Of a stretch of DNA of 64,000 nucleotides, positions 7,792-17,348 are shown piece by piece. The translations under genes and the position numbers were made by a program. Where the stretch lies: contig JAEWRW010000028.1 of assembly GCA_023398815.1 (NCBI GenBank), forward strand, positions 139,102 through 203,101. Reading direction: 5' to 3'. A model generated the notes under the pieces. The model searched no databases. It was not told where the DNA came from and worked only from the letters and a program-made list of their open reading frames with translations. The DNA is from Bacillota bacterium (GTDB taxonomy: Bacteria; Bacillota; Clostridia; Christensenellales; UMGS416). Positions within the stretch are counted from its first letter, which is position 1. Every line of letters starts with the position of its first letter.

Positions 7792-8655
7792 TTACAGCGC
7801 TTCCACGAACCGCTTGAGGTTCTTGTATCCCAGCGTGATGCCCACGATCGGATCCTCGATGCCCTCAAACTCTAACGACACGGTGCCGCTGTAACCGGCA
7901 CGCTTCAGGATGGCCAGGCACTGGGGTACCGGAATGACGCCGTGACCCACGACGGCCCCGCGGACGTAGTTGCCGGCACGGGTGGTGAACCATCCCTCGC
8001 CGGGGTTCGGCTCTGTGCCGGGCTTGTAGTGGAAGTCCTTGGCGTGGACGTGGAAGGCATAAGGCGCGGCGATGCCAACGGCCTTGGCCGAGTCTTCATC
8101 GGCGCAGATGAAGTTGCCCATGTCCACCAGCCAGCCGAAGTTCGGGTGGTTGACGGCGTTCATCAACTTCTCTACCCGGTCGCTGTCCTGGGCGAAGAAA
8201 CCGTGATTCTCCACCATGGTGCGGATGCCAAATGTCGCGGCGATCTCGGTGACGGCGCGGCAGCCCTCCGCCAGAGTGGGCAGCACGCGGTCAAAGCTCC
8301 GACCGGCAATGGCGGCCCCTCCCCAGGTGGCGTCGTGGCGCATGCCCGGCGCACCCATCAGGCGCGCAGCCTGGATTTCACCCTTGAGCGCCTCCACCTG
8401 ACCCTTGACTCCCTGGGGGTGGTTGAGGAAATCAGCGGCGATGGTATAGTTGCCCACATCGATGCCAACGCGGGCGGCCTCTTCCTTCACCTTCGGGGCG
8501 AAGGTCAAGGGTGTCTCCCCCTCCGGCAGCACGAAGGTGGAGAACTCGATGACATCAAAGCCGATCTCCTTGGCCTTGGCGATGACGTCGAGCTGGCTCA
8601 TTTTGCCGGCCCGAACCAGGTTGATGAAGCTGTAGGAACTGACGCCGATTTTCAT
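7792..8655 (-). CDS. sugar phosphate isomerase/epimerase (xylose isomerase-like TIM barrel)
   Basis: ORF 7792..8655, 287 aa: MKIGVSSYSF...IGFDVIEFS...VENHGFFAQ...HVHAKDF...LEFEG, the typical AP-endonuclease-2/xylose-isomerase-like TIM pattern. Confidence 0.8.
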   Translation of the reverse strand: MKIGVSSYSFINLVRAGKMSQLDVIAKAKEIGFDVIEFSTFVLPEGETPLTFAPKVKEEAARVGIDVGNYTIAADFLNHPQGVKGQVEALKGEIQAARLMGAPGMRHDATWGGAAIAGRSFDRVLPTLAEGCRAVTEIAATFGIRTMVENHGFFAQDSDRVEKLMNAVNHPNFGWLVDMGNFICADEDSAKAVGIAAPYAFHVHAKDFHYKPGTEPNPGEGWFTTRAGNYVRGAVVGHGVIPVPQCLAILKRAGYSGTVSLEFEGIEDPIVGITLGYKNLKRFVEAL

Positions 8656-8677
8656 GGGATACCTCCTGTTGGTTGAA

Positions 8678-10204
8678 TTAGAGAAGGGCCGCAGTGCGCG
8701 CGAAGCTGGGCTTCAGCGCGGCATACAGCTCCTGATAAACCGGGTAGAAACGCTGGTAGACGGCGGCGCTGGCGGCTTCCGGCCCTTGGCGGCGTACGGT
8801 GCGGATGGTGGCGTCGCAAGCCTCGGGCACGGTAGCGTAGAGCCCCGCGCCTACGCCTGCCAGCAACGCCACGCCCAGGGCCGGGCCTTCGCTGGAGTTG
8901 GTGGTCACGATGTCTGTGCCAAACATGTCGGCCTGAATCTGCCGCCACAGGGGGCTGCGCCCGCCGCCGCCGGAGGCACGCACCTCCCCCGCCTCCACGC
9001 CCATCTCCCGGATGATTGAGAGGCAATCGAGCAGGCTGTAGGATACGCCCTCCAGTACGGCACGGATCATCTCCTGCCGGCGGTGACGCGCCGTCAAGCC
9101 GAAGAACACGCCCTTGGCATTGGGGTCAAGGTGGGGCGTGCGCTCACCCATCAGGTAGGGCAGATATAGGAGACCGTCACACCCAGCTTTCGCCTGGGCG
9201 GCCTCCTGCCCCATCAGCTCGTAGGGGTCGACGCCCATCCGCTCGGCCAGGGTGCGCTCCATGGCTCCGAACTCGTTGCGGAACCACTGCAGCGACAGGC
9301 CGGCCCCCTGGGTCACGCCCATGATGTGCCAAGCACCCGGCACCGCGTGGCAGAAGGTGTGAACCCGGCCCTTGGGGTCGATGGAGACGGTATCGGCATG
9401 GGCAAACACCACGCCGGACGTGCCGATGGTGGAGGAAATGACGCCGGCGCGCACGATGCCGTTGCCCACCGCGCCAGCCGCCTGGTCACCGCCGCCGCCT
9501 ACGACCGGGAGACCTTCCCACAGGCCGGTCAATTCCGCCGCCTGACGTTTCAGCTTGCCGGAGACCTCGCAGCTCTCATAGACGTGCGGCAGCCACTCCA
9601 TGGGAATGCCGAGTTTCTCCAGCACCTCCTGGGACCAACGGCGGCGCGGCACATCCAGAAACTGCATGCCGCTGGCGTCCGACACCTCGGTGGCGTACTC
9701 GCCGGTCAGAAGCAGCCGTACATAATCCTTGGGCAGCAGGATGTGGCGTGTTTTCTCAAAAATCTCCGGCTGGTGGTTCTTCACCCACACGACCTTGGAG
9801 GCGGTGAAGCCCGTGAGCGCCGGGTTGGCGGTGATCTCTATGAGCCGGGCAGCGCCGACCTTGGCGGTGATCTCGTCACACTCGGCTTGGGTACGCTGGT
9901 CGCACCAGATGATCGCCGGGTGCAACACGTTGTTGCTGCCATCCAGCAGCACCATGCCATGCATCTGGCCGGAAAGGCCAAGGCCCTTGATGTCCCGCGG
10001 GTTCACGCCGCTTTTACGCACGACCTCGGCTATGCTGCCGGCCGACGCGCGCCACCAATCCTCGGGGTTCTGCTCCGCCCAGCCAACCTGCGGCTGGCTC
10101 AGCGGATATTCCCAAGTGGCCGACGCCACGGTATTGCCCTGCTCGTCAAAGAGCACGGTTTTGGTGCCCGATGTGCCGATGTCTACGCCCAGAAGGTATG
10201 CCAT
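8678..10204 (-). CDS. xylB: FGGY-family carbohydrate kinase, xylulokinase-like
   Basis: ORF 8678..10255. The start is at 10204, with AGGAGG upstream: MAYLLGVDIGTSGTKTVLFDEQG...WAEQNPEDWW...GGGDQAAGAVGNG...GGGGRSPLWRQIQADMFG. Confidence 0.85.
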   Translation of the reverse strand: MAYLLGVDIGTSGTKTVLFDEQGNTVASATWEYPLSQPQVGWAEQNPEDWWRASAGSIAEVVRKSGVNPRDIKGLGLSGQMHGMVLLDGSNNVLHPAIIWCDQRTQAECDEITAKVGAARLIEITANPALTGFTASKVVWVKNHQPEIFEKTRHILLPKDYVRLLLTGEYATEVSDASGMQFLDVPRRRWSQEVLEKLGIPMEWLPHVYESCEVSGKLKRQAAELTGLWEGLPVVGGGGDQAAGAVGNGIVRAGVISSTIGTSGVVFAHADTVSIDPKGRVHTFCHAVPGAWHIMGVTQGAGLSLQWFRNEFGAMERTLAERMGVDPYELMGQEAAQAKAGCDGLLYLPYLMGERTPHLDPNAKGVFFGLTARHRRQEMIRAVLEGVSYSLLDCLSIIREMGVEAGEVRASGGGGRSPLWRQIQADMFGTDIVTTNSSEGPALGVALLAGVGAGLYATVPEACDATIRTVRRQGPEAASAAVYQRFYPVYQELYAALKPSFARTAALL

Positions 10205-10238
10205 GTGGTTCCTCCTACTTTCCTTAAACAAAAGTGCT

Positions 10239-10676
10239 CTAGTCCATTTCGACAACGGTGATGCAATTCCTTTTTAGAAGTGCGGCCGTCACGCCGTCGC
10301 CGGGGCGCAGCCCACCGGCAAACGACCCATCGTGGATGGTGCCCACGCCGCAGGACGGGCTGCGGCTCTTCAGCCACACCTCTGTGGCGCCATGATGATG
10401 GCAGAGCTCCAACACCTTCTGCGCACCCAGCAGGAACGCTTCGGTCACGTCCTGCCCGGTGCGGCTGAGCACACGGGCACGGCCATCCAGCACATCGGCC
10501 CCGTCACCGCCCACAATCTCCGACGGCTCGCGCGGGATGGGAAGGCCACCCAGACACTCCGGGCAGATGAGCACATGGGGCACACCGTTCAGGCGTTGCC
10601 GCGCGGCGACGCTTTCCTTGCTCTTGCCGTCGTAGCGGACGGGTTTGCCCAGGAGGCAGGCACTGACCAGAATCAT
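10239..10676 (-). CDS. DUF523 family protein (TudS-like)
   Basis: ORF 10239..10676: MILVSACLLGKPVRYDGKSK...CPECLGGLPIPREP...SPSCG. Its RBS, GAGGAGG, overlaps the mutS2 stop. Confidence 0.7.
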   Translation of the reverse strand: MILVSACLLGKPVRYDGKSKESVAARQRLNGVPHVLICPECLGGLPIPREPSEIVGGDGADVLDGRARVLSRTGQDVTEAFLLGAQKVLELCHHHGATEVWLKSRSPSCGVGTIHDGSFAGGLRPGDGVTAALLKRNCITVVEMD

Positions 10677-10686
10677 CGCAGCCTCC

Positions 10687-13044
10687 TCACTGGTTCAGCA
10701 CCACCACGGTGACGCCATCCTCCCCCTCGCCAAAGCGGCCCAGGCGGTAGCTCTTCACATGCGGGTGGTGCCGCAGATGCTCCTGGATGGCACCGCGGAG
10801 CTTTCCCGTGCCCTTGCCGTGGATGAGGAACACCTCAGTCAAGCCCGCCAGCACTGCCTCGTCGAGGTATCGGTCGACCTCCATCAACCCGTCCTCGGCG
10901 TTGTGACCGCGGATGTCCAGTTCCCGCGGCACGTTGCCCACCCGCAGCTTGCTGACGCGTTCGGCGCGCCGCTCGGCCTTGCGTTGGGCGGCGGTGGGGC
11001 GGCGCAGGCTCTCCACGTTGGTGGAAAGCTTCATGATGCCCGCCTGCACCATCAGGTCGCCCTTGTCATCGGGCAGCGTCAGTACCGTCACGCTCTGGTT
11101 GGTGTCGACCAGGATGACCGTCTCCCCCCGCTTCAGATCCTTGGGCGCGGGGGTCAGGCGTTCGGCCTGGGTGCTATCACCCACCTGCTGCTGGGCCTGG
11201 CGCATGCGGTCGCGCAGCTGCTGCACCTCCCGCTCGGTGTTGGCGCTCTGGTTCTTCTTGAGGTCCCGCAATTCGCGGATCATTCCCTCGGTCTCGGTGC
11301 GGGTGCGCTCCAGGAGTTTCCGCGCATCCTCACGAGCGTTGGCCAGGATCTTGTCACGCTGCTGTTCCAACCGCTCCCGCTCCCGGTCAGCGATGCGGTG
11401 CAGGTCGCCAACCTCCCGGCGCAGAATTTCAGCTTCCTCCCGCTCGCGTTGGGCAGCTTCCTTGTGTTTCTCCGCGCTCTGGATGACGTCCTCAAAGCGC
11501 ACAATCTCAGTGGAGAGGTGCTTTCGGGCGTTGTTGATGACGTTTTGGTCGAGCCCCAGCCGCTGGGAAATCTCAAAGGCGTTGGAACGGCCGGGAATGC
11601 CCATCATCAGCCGGTACGTGGGGCGAAGCGACTCCACATCGAACTCCATGGAGGCGTTCTCCACCCCGGCGGTGGCAATGGCATAGGCCTTGAGGTCGCT
11701 GTAGTGGGTGGTGGCCATGGTGCGACACCCCAAGAGGCGCAGCCGCTCCAGAATGGCGATGGCCAGCGCGGATCCCTCGTTGGGGTCAGTGCCGGCACCC
11801 AATTCATCCAGCAGCACCAGCGAACCATTGTCGGCCTCACCCAGGATGGAGACGATGTTGCGCATGTGGCTGGAGAAGGTGGATAGGCTCTGCTCAATGC
11901 TCTGCTCGTCGCCAATGTCGGCGAAGACGCCGGTGAACACCGGCATGGTGCAGCCGTCCTCCGCCGGCAGGAACAGGCCTGCCTGCGTCATCATGGCAAA
12001 GAGGCCCACGGTTTTGAGCGTCACGGTCTTGCCACCGGTGTTAGGACCGGTGATGAGTAGCGTGTCGAAGTGTTGGCCCAGCTCCAGGGTGGTGGGCACC
12101 ACCGTCTCCGCCGCGATGAGGGGATGCCTCCCCTTGCGGATGCGCACATGCCCTTCGCGGTTGAGTTCGGCCGGGCAGGCGTTCATGAGCGCCGCCAAGC
12201 GTGCCTTGGCAAAGGCGAAATCGATCTGCGCCAACGTGTCCTCGGCATAGCCGATGGCCTCGCCATGGGGGGCGAGTTCATTGGTCAGCTCCCGCAGGAT
12301 GCGCTGCACCTCCTCCAACTCGGCCAGTTCCAGCTCCCGCAGCTCGTTGTTGATCTCCACCACTTCCAGCGGCTCCACAAAGAGCGTCGCGCCGCTGCCG
12401 GATTGATCGTGCACCAAGCCGGGCACCTTGCCGCGGTGCTCCTGCCGCACGGGCACGACGTAGCGGCCCGCCCGCTGGGTCACGATGGAGTCCATCAGGG
12501 AGTCCTTGTAGCGCGGGGAGCGCACGATGCTGTCAAGCTTCTGGCGGACGCGCACATGGCAGAGCCCCACCTTGCGGCGGATGGCGGCAAGCTGCGACGA
12601 GGCGGCGTCGGCCACCCGATCCTCCGACTCCATGCTGCGTTCAAAGGTCTCTTCCAGCCCCTTCATAGCGACCAGCGCCACAGCCAGCTCCCGCAGGTGG
12701 GGGCCAGCGGGGCCCTGCTCCTTGGTGAGCTCCGTGCGCACCGCGCGGGAGACCCGCAGGGTATTGGCGACCTTCAGAAACTCCCCCGGTGACAGGATGA
12801 GGCCGATGCGCGCCTTGTGCAGCGCCTCCCGCACGTCGTCAAAGCCGTGCAGCGGCGCGGCCCCGGTGTTGTCCACCCAGGCGACGGCCTCCTGCGTCTC
12901 CCGCAGGCGTTGGGCGACCTCCAGCGGGTTGTCGCTGGGCAGCAGCGCCTCGGCGATTTCCCGGCTCATCACCGACAGGCATTCCTCCGCCAGCCGGCGG
13001 CGAATTTTATCGAACTCCAGAGTTCGTATGGCTTTTTCGTTCAT
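10687..13044 (-). CDS. mutS2: endonuclease MutS2 (MutS domain + C-terminal Smr)
   Basis: 785 aa. Walker A ITGPNTGGKTVTLKTVG, then DELGAGTDPNEGSALA, a long coiled-coil middle region, and a C-terminal Smr domain (ELDIRGHNAEDGLMEVDRYLDEA...IHGKGTGKLR). Confidence 0.93.
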   Translation of the reverse strand: MNEKAIRTLEFDKIRRRLAEECLSVMSREIAEALLPSDNPLEVAQRLRETQEAVAWVDNTGAAPLHGFDDVREALHKARIGLILSPGEFLKVANTLRVSRAVRTELTKEQGPAGPHLRELAVALVAMKGLEETFERSMESEDRVADAASSQLAAIRRKVGLCHVRVRQKLDSIVRSPRYKDSLMDSIVTQRAGRYVVPVRQEHRGKVPGLVHDQSGSGATLFVEPLEVVEINNELRELELAELEEVQRILRELTNELAPHGEAIGYAEDTLAQIDFAFAKARLAALMNACPAELNREGHVRIRKGRHPLIAAETVVPTTLELGQHFDTLLITGPNTGGKTVTLKTVGLFAMMTQAGLFLPAEDGCTMPVFTGVFADIGDEQSIEQSLSTFSSHMRNIVSILGEADNGSLVLLDELGAGTDPNEGSALAIAILERLRLLGCRTMATTHYSDLKAYAIATAGVENASMEFDVESLRPTYRLMMGIPGRSNAFEISQRLGLDQNVINNARKHLSTEIVRFEDVIQSAEKHKEAAQREREEAEILRREVGDLHRIADRERERLEQQRDKILANAREDARKLLERTRTETEGMIRELRDLKKNQSANTEREVQQLRDRMRQAQQQVGDSTQAERLTPAPKDLKRGETVILVDTNQSVTVLTLPDDKGDLMVQAGIMKLSTNVESLRRPTAAQRKAERRAERVSKLRVGNVPRELDIRGHNAEDGLMEVDRYLDEAVLAGLTEVFLIHGKGTGKLRGAIQEHLRHHPHVKSYRLGRFGEGEDGVTVVVLNQ

Positions 13045-13088
13045 CTTTGTTCCGTCCTTCTCTCAATCGATACACACCAATCCATGGC

Positions 13089-13120
13089 ATGAAAACGGGG
13101 CAGCGCTGCCGCTGCCCCGT
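13089..13120 (-). terminator. intrinsic terminator after zapA
   Basis: Minus strand reads ACGGGGCAGCG-GCAG-CGCTGCCCCGT, followed by TTTTCATG. Confidence 0.6.
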
Positions 13121-13137
13121 AAATGTTGGAATGGTGT

Positions 13138-13455
13138 TCAGCCCTTCTTCGCGTCCTTAAAGTTCGCGATATTGCTGCGTACCGGCTGCTGTTGGGGGAG
13201 TTTGCCCGCCTTCTCCCGCTCCATGCGAAGGAAGGCTTCCTTTTCCCCGCGCAGTTCCATCACTTCGTCGGCAATGTTGATGGCGGCCATCACGGCGGCC
13301 ATGGCAGTGCTGAGGTCGTTCCGTTGCCGGGTTACTTCGTTCATCTTCCGGTCGACATAGATCGCGACCTTGTGGACATACTCCTCCGGCAAGGTGGATA
13401 CCAAGGTATATTCGTTGCCGCCAATGCGTACAACGGTCTTGTTTTTCTCCGCCAA
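13138..13455 (-). CDS. zapA: cell division protein ZapA
   Basis: ORF 13138..13536. The best start is the TTG at 13455, which is 7 nt after AGGAGG. (M)AEKNKTVVRIGGNEYTLVS...EEYVHKVAIYVDRKMNEV...LSTAMAAVMAAINIADE has the ZapA signature. Confidence 0.75.
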   Translation of the reverse strand: MAEKNKTVVRIGGNEYTLVSTLPEEYVHKVAIYVDRKMNEVTRQRNDLSTAMAAVMAAINIADEVMELRGEKEAFLRMEREKAGKLPQQQPVRSNIANFKDAKKG

Positions 13456-13548
13456 CCCGACACCTCCTTGTTCAGCATACCCTGATTGTACAGGATGCCA
13501 CCGCAAGGCACAAGGCAATTTTGCCCATTTTTCCACAAATCCCCAGCC

Positions 13549-15984
13549 TTACTTGCGAATTTCCGCCCCAAAGGCTCGGTTCAGGGCATCCACAACGCTC
13601 TGGAAGGCCCGGTTGGCGTCGTCGTCGGTCAGTGTTCGCTCCTGCGCGCGGAACACGAGGGAGAATGCCACGCTCTTCTTCCCCTCACCCACCTGCTTGC
13701 CTTCGTAGAGGTCAAAGAGGGCTGCTGACTCCAGCAGCTTCCCCCCGGCGGTGCGGATGCAGGTGAGCATATCCCCCACGGGGCAGAGGCGATCCACCGT
13801 CACCGCCAGGTCGCGGTCGATGGACGGGAAGCGCGGCAGCGGACGGATGGCGCAATCCTGCCGCTCCAACGCCAGCAGCGTCTCCACATCGAGCTCGGCC
13901 AAGTAAACCCGGTCGCCCTCCAGCTCAAAGGCCGCGGCCACGTCGGGGTGCACCTCGCCAAACTGGCACAGGCGCACATCGCCCACGGTAAGGACAGCAC
14001 TGCGGCCGGGGTGGTAGTAGACATCGGCCCCAGCGGCACACTGGGCACCCGCAATGCCGAAGCGTTCCAGCACCAGCTCCACCAGGCCCTTAAAGGCGAA
14101 GAAGTCCATGCCCTTATCCACCACGCCGACGCAGAGCGTTTCGCGCTCCTCGCAGGGGGTGTCCTGGGTGTAGCCGCCGGCGGCATGGCGCGCCTCCGCC
14201 CCCTCGTTGGGGCCAAAGGTACGGCTGACCTCAAAGAGCGCGACGCGCTCCATCTTGCGGTTGCGGTTGGTGGCCAGCGACCGCAGCATGGCCGGGGCCA
14301 GCGTGGTGCGCATCAGGCTGTAATCCTCACCAATGGGGTTCAAGAGCCGCGTGGCCCGGCGCAGGGGGCTCTCAGCGGGCAAGCCCAGCCGATCCAGCGC
14401 CGACGGCGCCAGGAAGGAATAGCTGACCGCCTCGTTGAGCCCCGCGCCATAGAGCAGGCGGCGCAGCTTGATGAGGTCGTTCTGTCGGCGGGTGCGCCGC
14501 CCCTGCAGCGCCTCCCCAGGGGGTGCAATGGACGGGATGGACCCGTAGCCGTAGAGCCGCTGCACTTCCTCGGCAATGTCGGCATAGCCTTCCACGTCCT
14601 GCCGCCAAAGCGGAACGCCCAGCGTCAGGGTATCGCCATCCTGCTGCACATCGAAGCCTAGCTTGACCAGCAGTTTCACCATCGTGTCCGTCGGGATGGT
14701 CTGCCCCAGCAGCGCTGAGATGCGCCGGGCCGAAACTGCCAGCGTGCGAGCCTGCTGGGGGGCGGCGTTGCAATCCAGCACGCCGGGCACCACCGTGCCG
14801 GCCCCAAGCTCCTGCACCAGGGCCATTGCGCGGTCCAGAGCCGCCTCGGTCAGGTACGTGGGCAGGTTCTTCTCATACCGGGCGGAGGACTCAGTGCGCA
14901 TGCCGTGGCTGCGGGCGGTGAGGCGGGTGGCGCTCCAGTTGAAGTTGGCACTCTCAAAGACGACGGTCGTGGTGTCGTCATAGACGCCGGACTGCATGCC
15001 ACCCATGATACCCGCCAACGCCACCGGGCCTTCGCCATCGGCAATGACAAGGTTGCGCGGGTTGAGGATGCGCTCCTTCTCGTCGAGCGTCTGCAGGCGT
15101 TCGCCCTCACCGGCGCGGCGCACGACGATCTTGCCACCGCGGATGGTGCGGTAATCGAAGGCATGCATGGGCTGGCCCAGCTCCAGCATCACATAGTTGG
15201 TGATGTCCACGATGTTGTTGATGGCCTTGACGCCCGAAGCCGCCAGCGCCTGCCGCAGCCACAGTGGGGATGGGGCGATCTTCACATCCCGCACCACCCG
15301 AGCCATGTACCGGGGGCAGAGGTCCGGCGCTTCCACCGTCACTGCGAGGTAGTAGCCCACGCTGCCGGTCGTCCCCACCGCATACGCGTAGGAAGGCTGG
15401 CGCAGAGGCGTATCCAGCACCACCGAAGCCTCCCGCGCCAGGCCCAGCATGCACATGCAGTCGGCCGCGCGGTTGGCGGTGATTTTGAAGTCCACGATGG
15501 GCTCGGCCAAGCCGAGGATGGGCTTGACGTCAGCCCCCAGCGGGTATTCCTCCTGGAAGATGAGAATGCCGTCCACCGACGCGCCAGGGTACCAGTTGTC
15601 GTCGATGCCCAGTTCTTCCCCTGCGCAGAGCATGCCGTCGCTGGCCACCCCGCGCAGCTTGGAGGCCTTGATGACCACACCGCCATGGAGGTGCGCCCCC
15701 AGTCGCGCCACCGGTACCAGCGCCCCCTCAAAGACATTGGTCGCGCCGGTCACGATCTGCAGGGGGGCACCCTCCCCCACATCCAGCGTGCAGATCTGCA
15801 GTTTGTCGGCGTTGGGGTGCTTGGCAAGCTGGGTGATGCGCCCGACGACGACGTTTGAAATCGCCGCGCCGGGGTCCTCCACACCCTCCACCTCAAAGCC
15901 CGCCATAATCATGCGGCGTTGAAAATCCTCGAGGTCGGTGTTGATGTCCGTATAAGTCTGAAGCCATTGAATCGGTGCTTTCAT
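13549..15984 (-). CDS. pheT: phenylalanine--tRNA ligase beta subunit
   Basis: 811 aa: MKAPIQWLQTYTDINTDLEDF... It has the tRNA-binding, B3/4, B5 and FDX-ACB domain order and sits directly downstream of pheS. Confidence 0.95.
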   Translation of the reverse strand: MKAPIQWLQTYTDINTDLEDFQRRMIMAGFEVEGVEDPGAAISNVVVGRITQLAKHPNADKLQICTLDVGEGAPLQIVTGATNVFEGALVPVARLGAHLHGGVVIKASKLRGVASDGMLCAGEELGIDDNWYPGASVDGILIFQEEYPLGADVKPILGLAEPIVDFKITANRAADCMCMLGLAREASVVLDTPLRQPSYAYAVGTTGSVGYYLAVTVEAPDLCPRYMARVVRDVKIAPSPLWLRQALAASGVKAINNIVDITNYVMLELGQPMHAFDYRTIRGGKIVVRRAGEGERLQTLDEKERILNPRNLVIADGEGPVALAGIMGGMQSGVYDDTTTVVFESANFNWSATRLTARSHGMRTESSARYEKNLPTYLTEAALDRAMALVQELGAGTVVPGVLDCNAAPQQARTLAVSARRISALLGQTIPTDTMVKLLVKLGFDVQQDGDTLTLGVPLWRQDVEGYADIAEEVQRLYGYGSIPSIAPPGEALQGRRTRRQNDLIKLRRLLYGAGLNEAVSYSFLAPSALDRLGLPAESPLRRATRLLNPIGEDYSLMRTTLAPAMLRSLATNRNRKMERVALFEVSRTFGPNEGAEARHAAGGYTQDTPCEERETLCVGVVDKGMDFFAFKGLVELVLERFGIAGAQCAAGADVYYHPGRSAVLTVGDVRLCQFGEVHPDVAAAFELEGDRVYLAELDVETLLALERQDCAIRPLPRFPSIDRDLAVTVDRLCPVGDMLTCIRTAGGKLLESAALFDLYEGKQVGEGKKSVAFSLVFRAQERTLTDDDANRAFQSVVDALNRAFGAEIRK

Positions 15985-15993
15985 GTTCTCACC

Positions 15994-17022
15994 TCACAGA
16001 ATCTGTTCCAGGAACCGCAGGTCGTTCTCAAAGAGCATCCGCAGGTCACTGATGCCGTAGCGACTGACGGTGAGGCGGTCGAGGCCCATACCGAAGGCGA
16101 AGCCTGTGTACTCGTTGGGATCGATGCCGCACATCTCCAGCACGCGGGGGTTGACCATACCGCAGCCCAAAACCTCAATCCATCCGGTGCCGCGGCACAC
16201 CCGGCAGTTCGGGTCCTTGCCGTCGCAGATGTAACAGGAGATGTCCACTTCAGCGCTGGGCTCGGTGAAGGGGAAGAACGAAGGGCGGAACCGAATGCGG
16301 GTCCCCTTGCCGTAGTACTCCTTGGCGAAGATATCAAGCGTACCCTTGAGGTGCCCAAAGTTGATGCCACGGTCCACGACCAACCCCTCCACCTGGTGGA
16401 ACACCGGGGAATGGGTGGCATCCACCTCGTCCATGCGGTACACCCGCCCGGGGCAGATGATGCGAATGGGCGGTTTCTGCCGCAGCATGGTGCGGGCCTG
16501 CACCGGCGAGGTATGGGTGCGCAGCAGCACGTTGTCACTCACATAGAACGAGTCGTGCATGTCCCGCGCCGGGTGGTTGGCCGGCAGGTTGAGGAGCTCA
16601 AAGTTGAAGTGGTCCCACTCCACCTCCGGCCCCTCGGCAATGTCAAAGCCCATGCCGATGAAGATGTTCTCCACTTCCTCCCGCACCAGGCTCAGCGGGT
16701 GGGGGTGCCCCACCGTGGGCTTGCGTCCAGGAATCGTTACATCCAGCCGCTCGGCAGCCAGGCGCTTCGTCTTCTCCTCCCCTTGCAGGGCATTGAGACG
16801 GTCACTGATCTGCTCCTCTAACTCTTTACGCAGGTCGTTGACGAGCTTGCCCATGACGGGGCGCTCCTCGGCCGAAAGGCCGCCCATCATCCGCAGAATC
16901 TGCGTGAGCTCACCTTTCTTGCCCAGCACCTGCACCTGCAGCTCCTCCACCTCACCGGCCGACGTGGCGGCCTGCAACCGCGCCTGTGCCTGCGCGGCAA
17001 TGCGTTGCAATTCCTCCTGCAT
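15994..17022 (-). CDS. pheS: phenylalanine--tRNA ligase alpha subunit
   Basis: ORF 15994..17199. The start is at 17022 (MQEELQRIAAQAQARL), 8 nt after AAAGGA; upstream ORF codons cover the T-box leader. Class II motifs: FRPSFFPFTEPSAEVD and GMVNPRVL...GFAFGMGLDRL. Confidence 0.95.
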   Translation of the reverse strand: MQEELQRIAAQAQARLQAATSAGEVEELQVQVLGKKGELTQILRMMGGLSAEERPVMGKLVNDLRKELEEQISDRLNALQGEEKTKRLAAERLDVTIPGRKPTVGHPHPLSLVREEVENIFIGMGFDIAEGPEVEWDHFNFELLNLPANHPARDMHDSFYVSDNVLLRTHTSPVQARTMLRQKPPIRIICPGRVYRMDEVDATHSPVFHQVEGLVVDRGINFGHLKGTLDIFAKEYYGKGTRIRFRPSFFPFTEPSAEVDISCYICDGKDPNCRVCRGTGWIEVLGCGMVNPRVLEMCGIDPNEYTGFAFGMGLDRLTVSRYGISDLRMLFENDLRFLEQIL

Positions 17023-17042
17023 GGTTCCCATCCTTTCCAATG

Positions 17043-17271
17043 AAAAAGCCTTCGCCCCAGCATGGGACGAAGGCATCGCGGTACCACCCAATTTGCCCGC
17101 CAAAGCGAGCCACTCAACGGCGATAACGGGGCCACCGTCCACGCCTACTCCAAGTTCAGCGCGACACTCCCAAGCGAACTTCCCCCACTTCCACCGCAAT
17201 GGCGCTTGCAGCCGGTGACGCCGTCTCTCTTACCGGGGATGGGCAGGGTACTCCTCTTGTTCCTCGTGTTT
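17043..17271 (-). promoter_or_regulatory. T-box riboswitch leader (Phe, UUC specifier) with terminator
   Basis: Minus strand: canonical T-box AAATTGGGTGGTACCGCG (17094-17077); terminator GCCTTCGTCCCATGCTGGGGCGAAGGC (17074-17048) plus TTTTT; stem I elements GGTAAGAGAGACGG and GCGGTGGAAG; specifier loop GAAG-UUC-G, with UUC at 17179-17177 followed by a purine. Confidence 0.9.
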
Positions 17272-17277
17272 CGTTTT

Positions 17278-17306
17278 AGTATAGCACGGAGATTTGCCGG
17301 TTTCAA
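17278..17306 (-). promoter_or_regulatory. sigma-A type promoter of the pheST T-box leader (TTGAAA-17-TATACT)
   Basis: Minus strand reads TTGAAA (17306-17301), a 17-nt spacer ending in GTGC, and TATACT (17283-17278). Confidence 0.75.
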
Positions 17307-17348
17307 GCCCAGGAATACCGGGTTTTACCCACGATTCATCAATCCGTT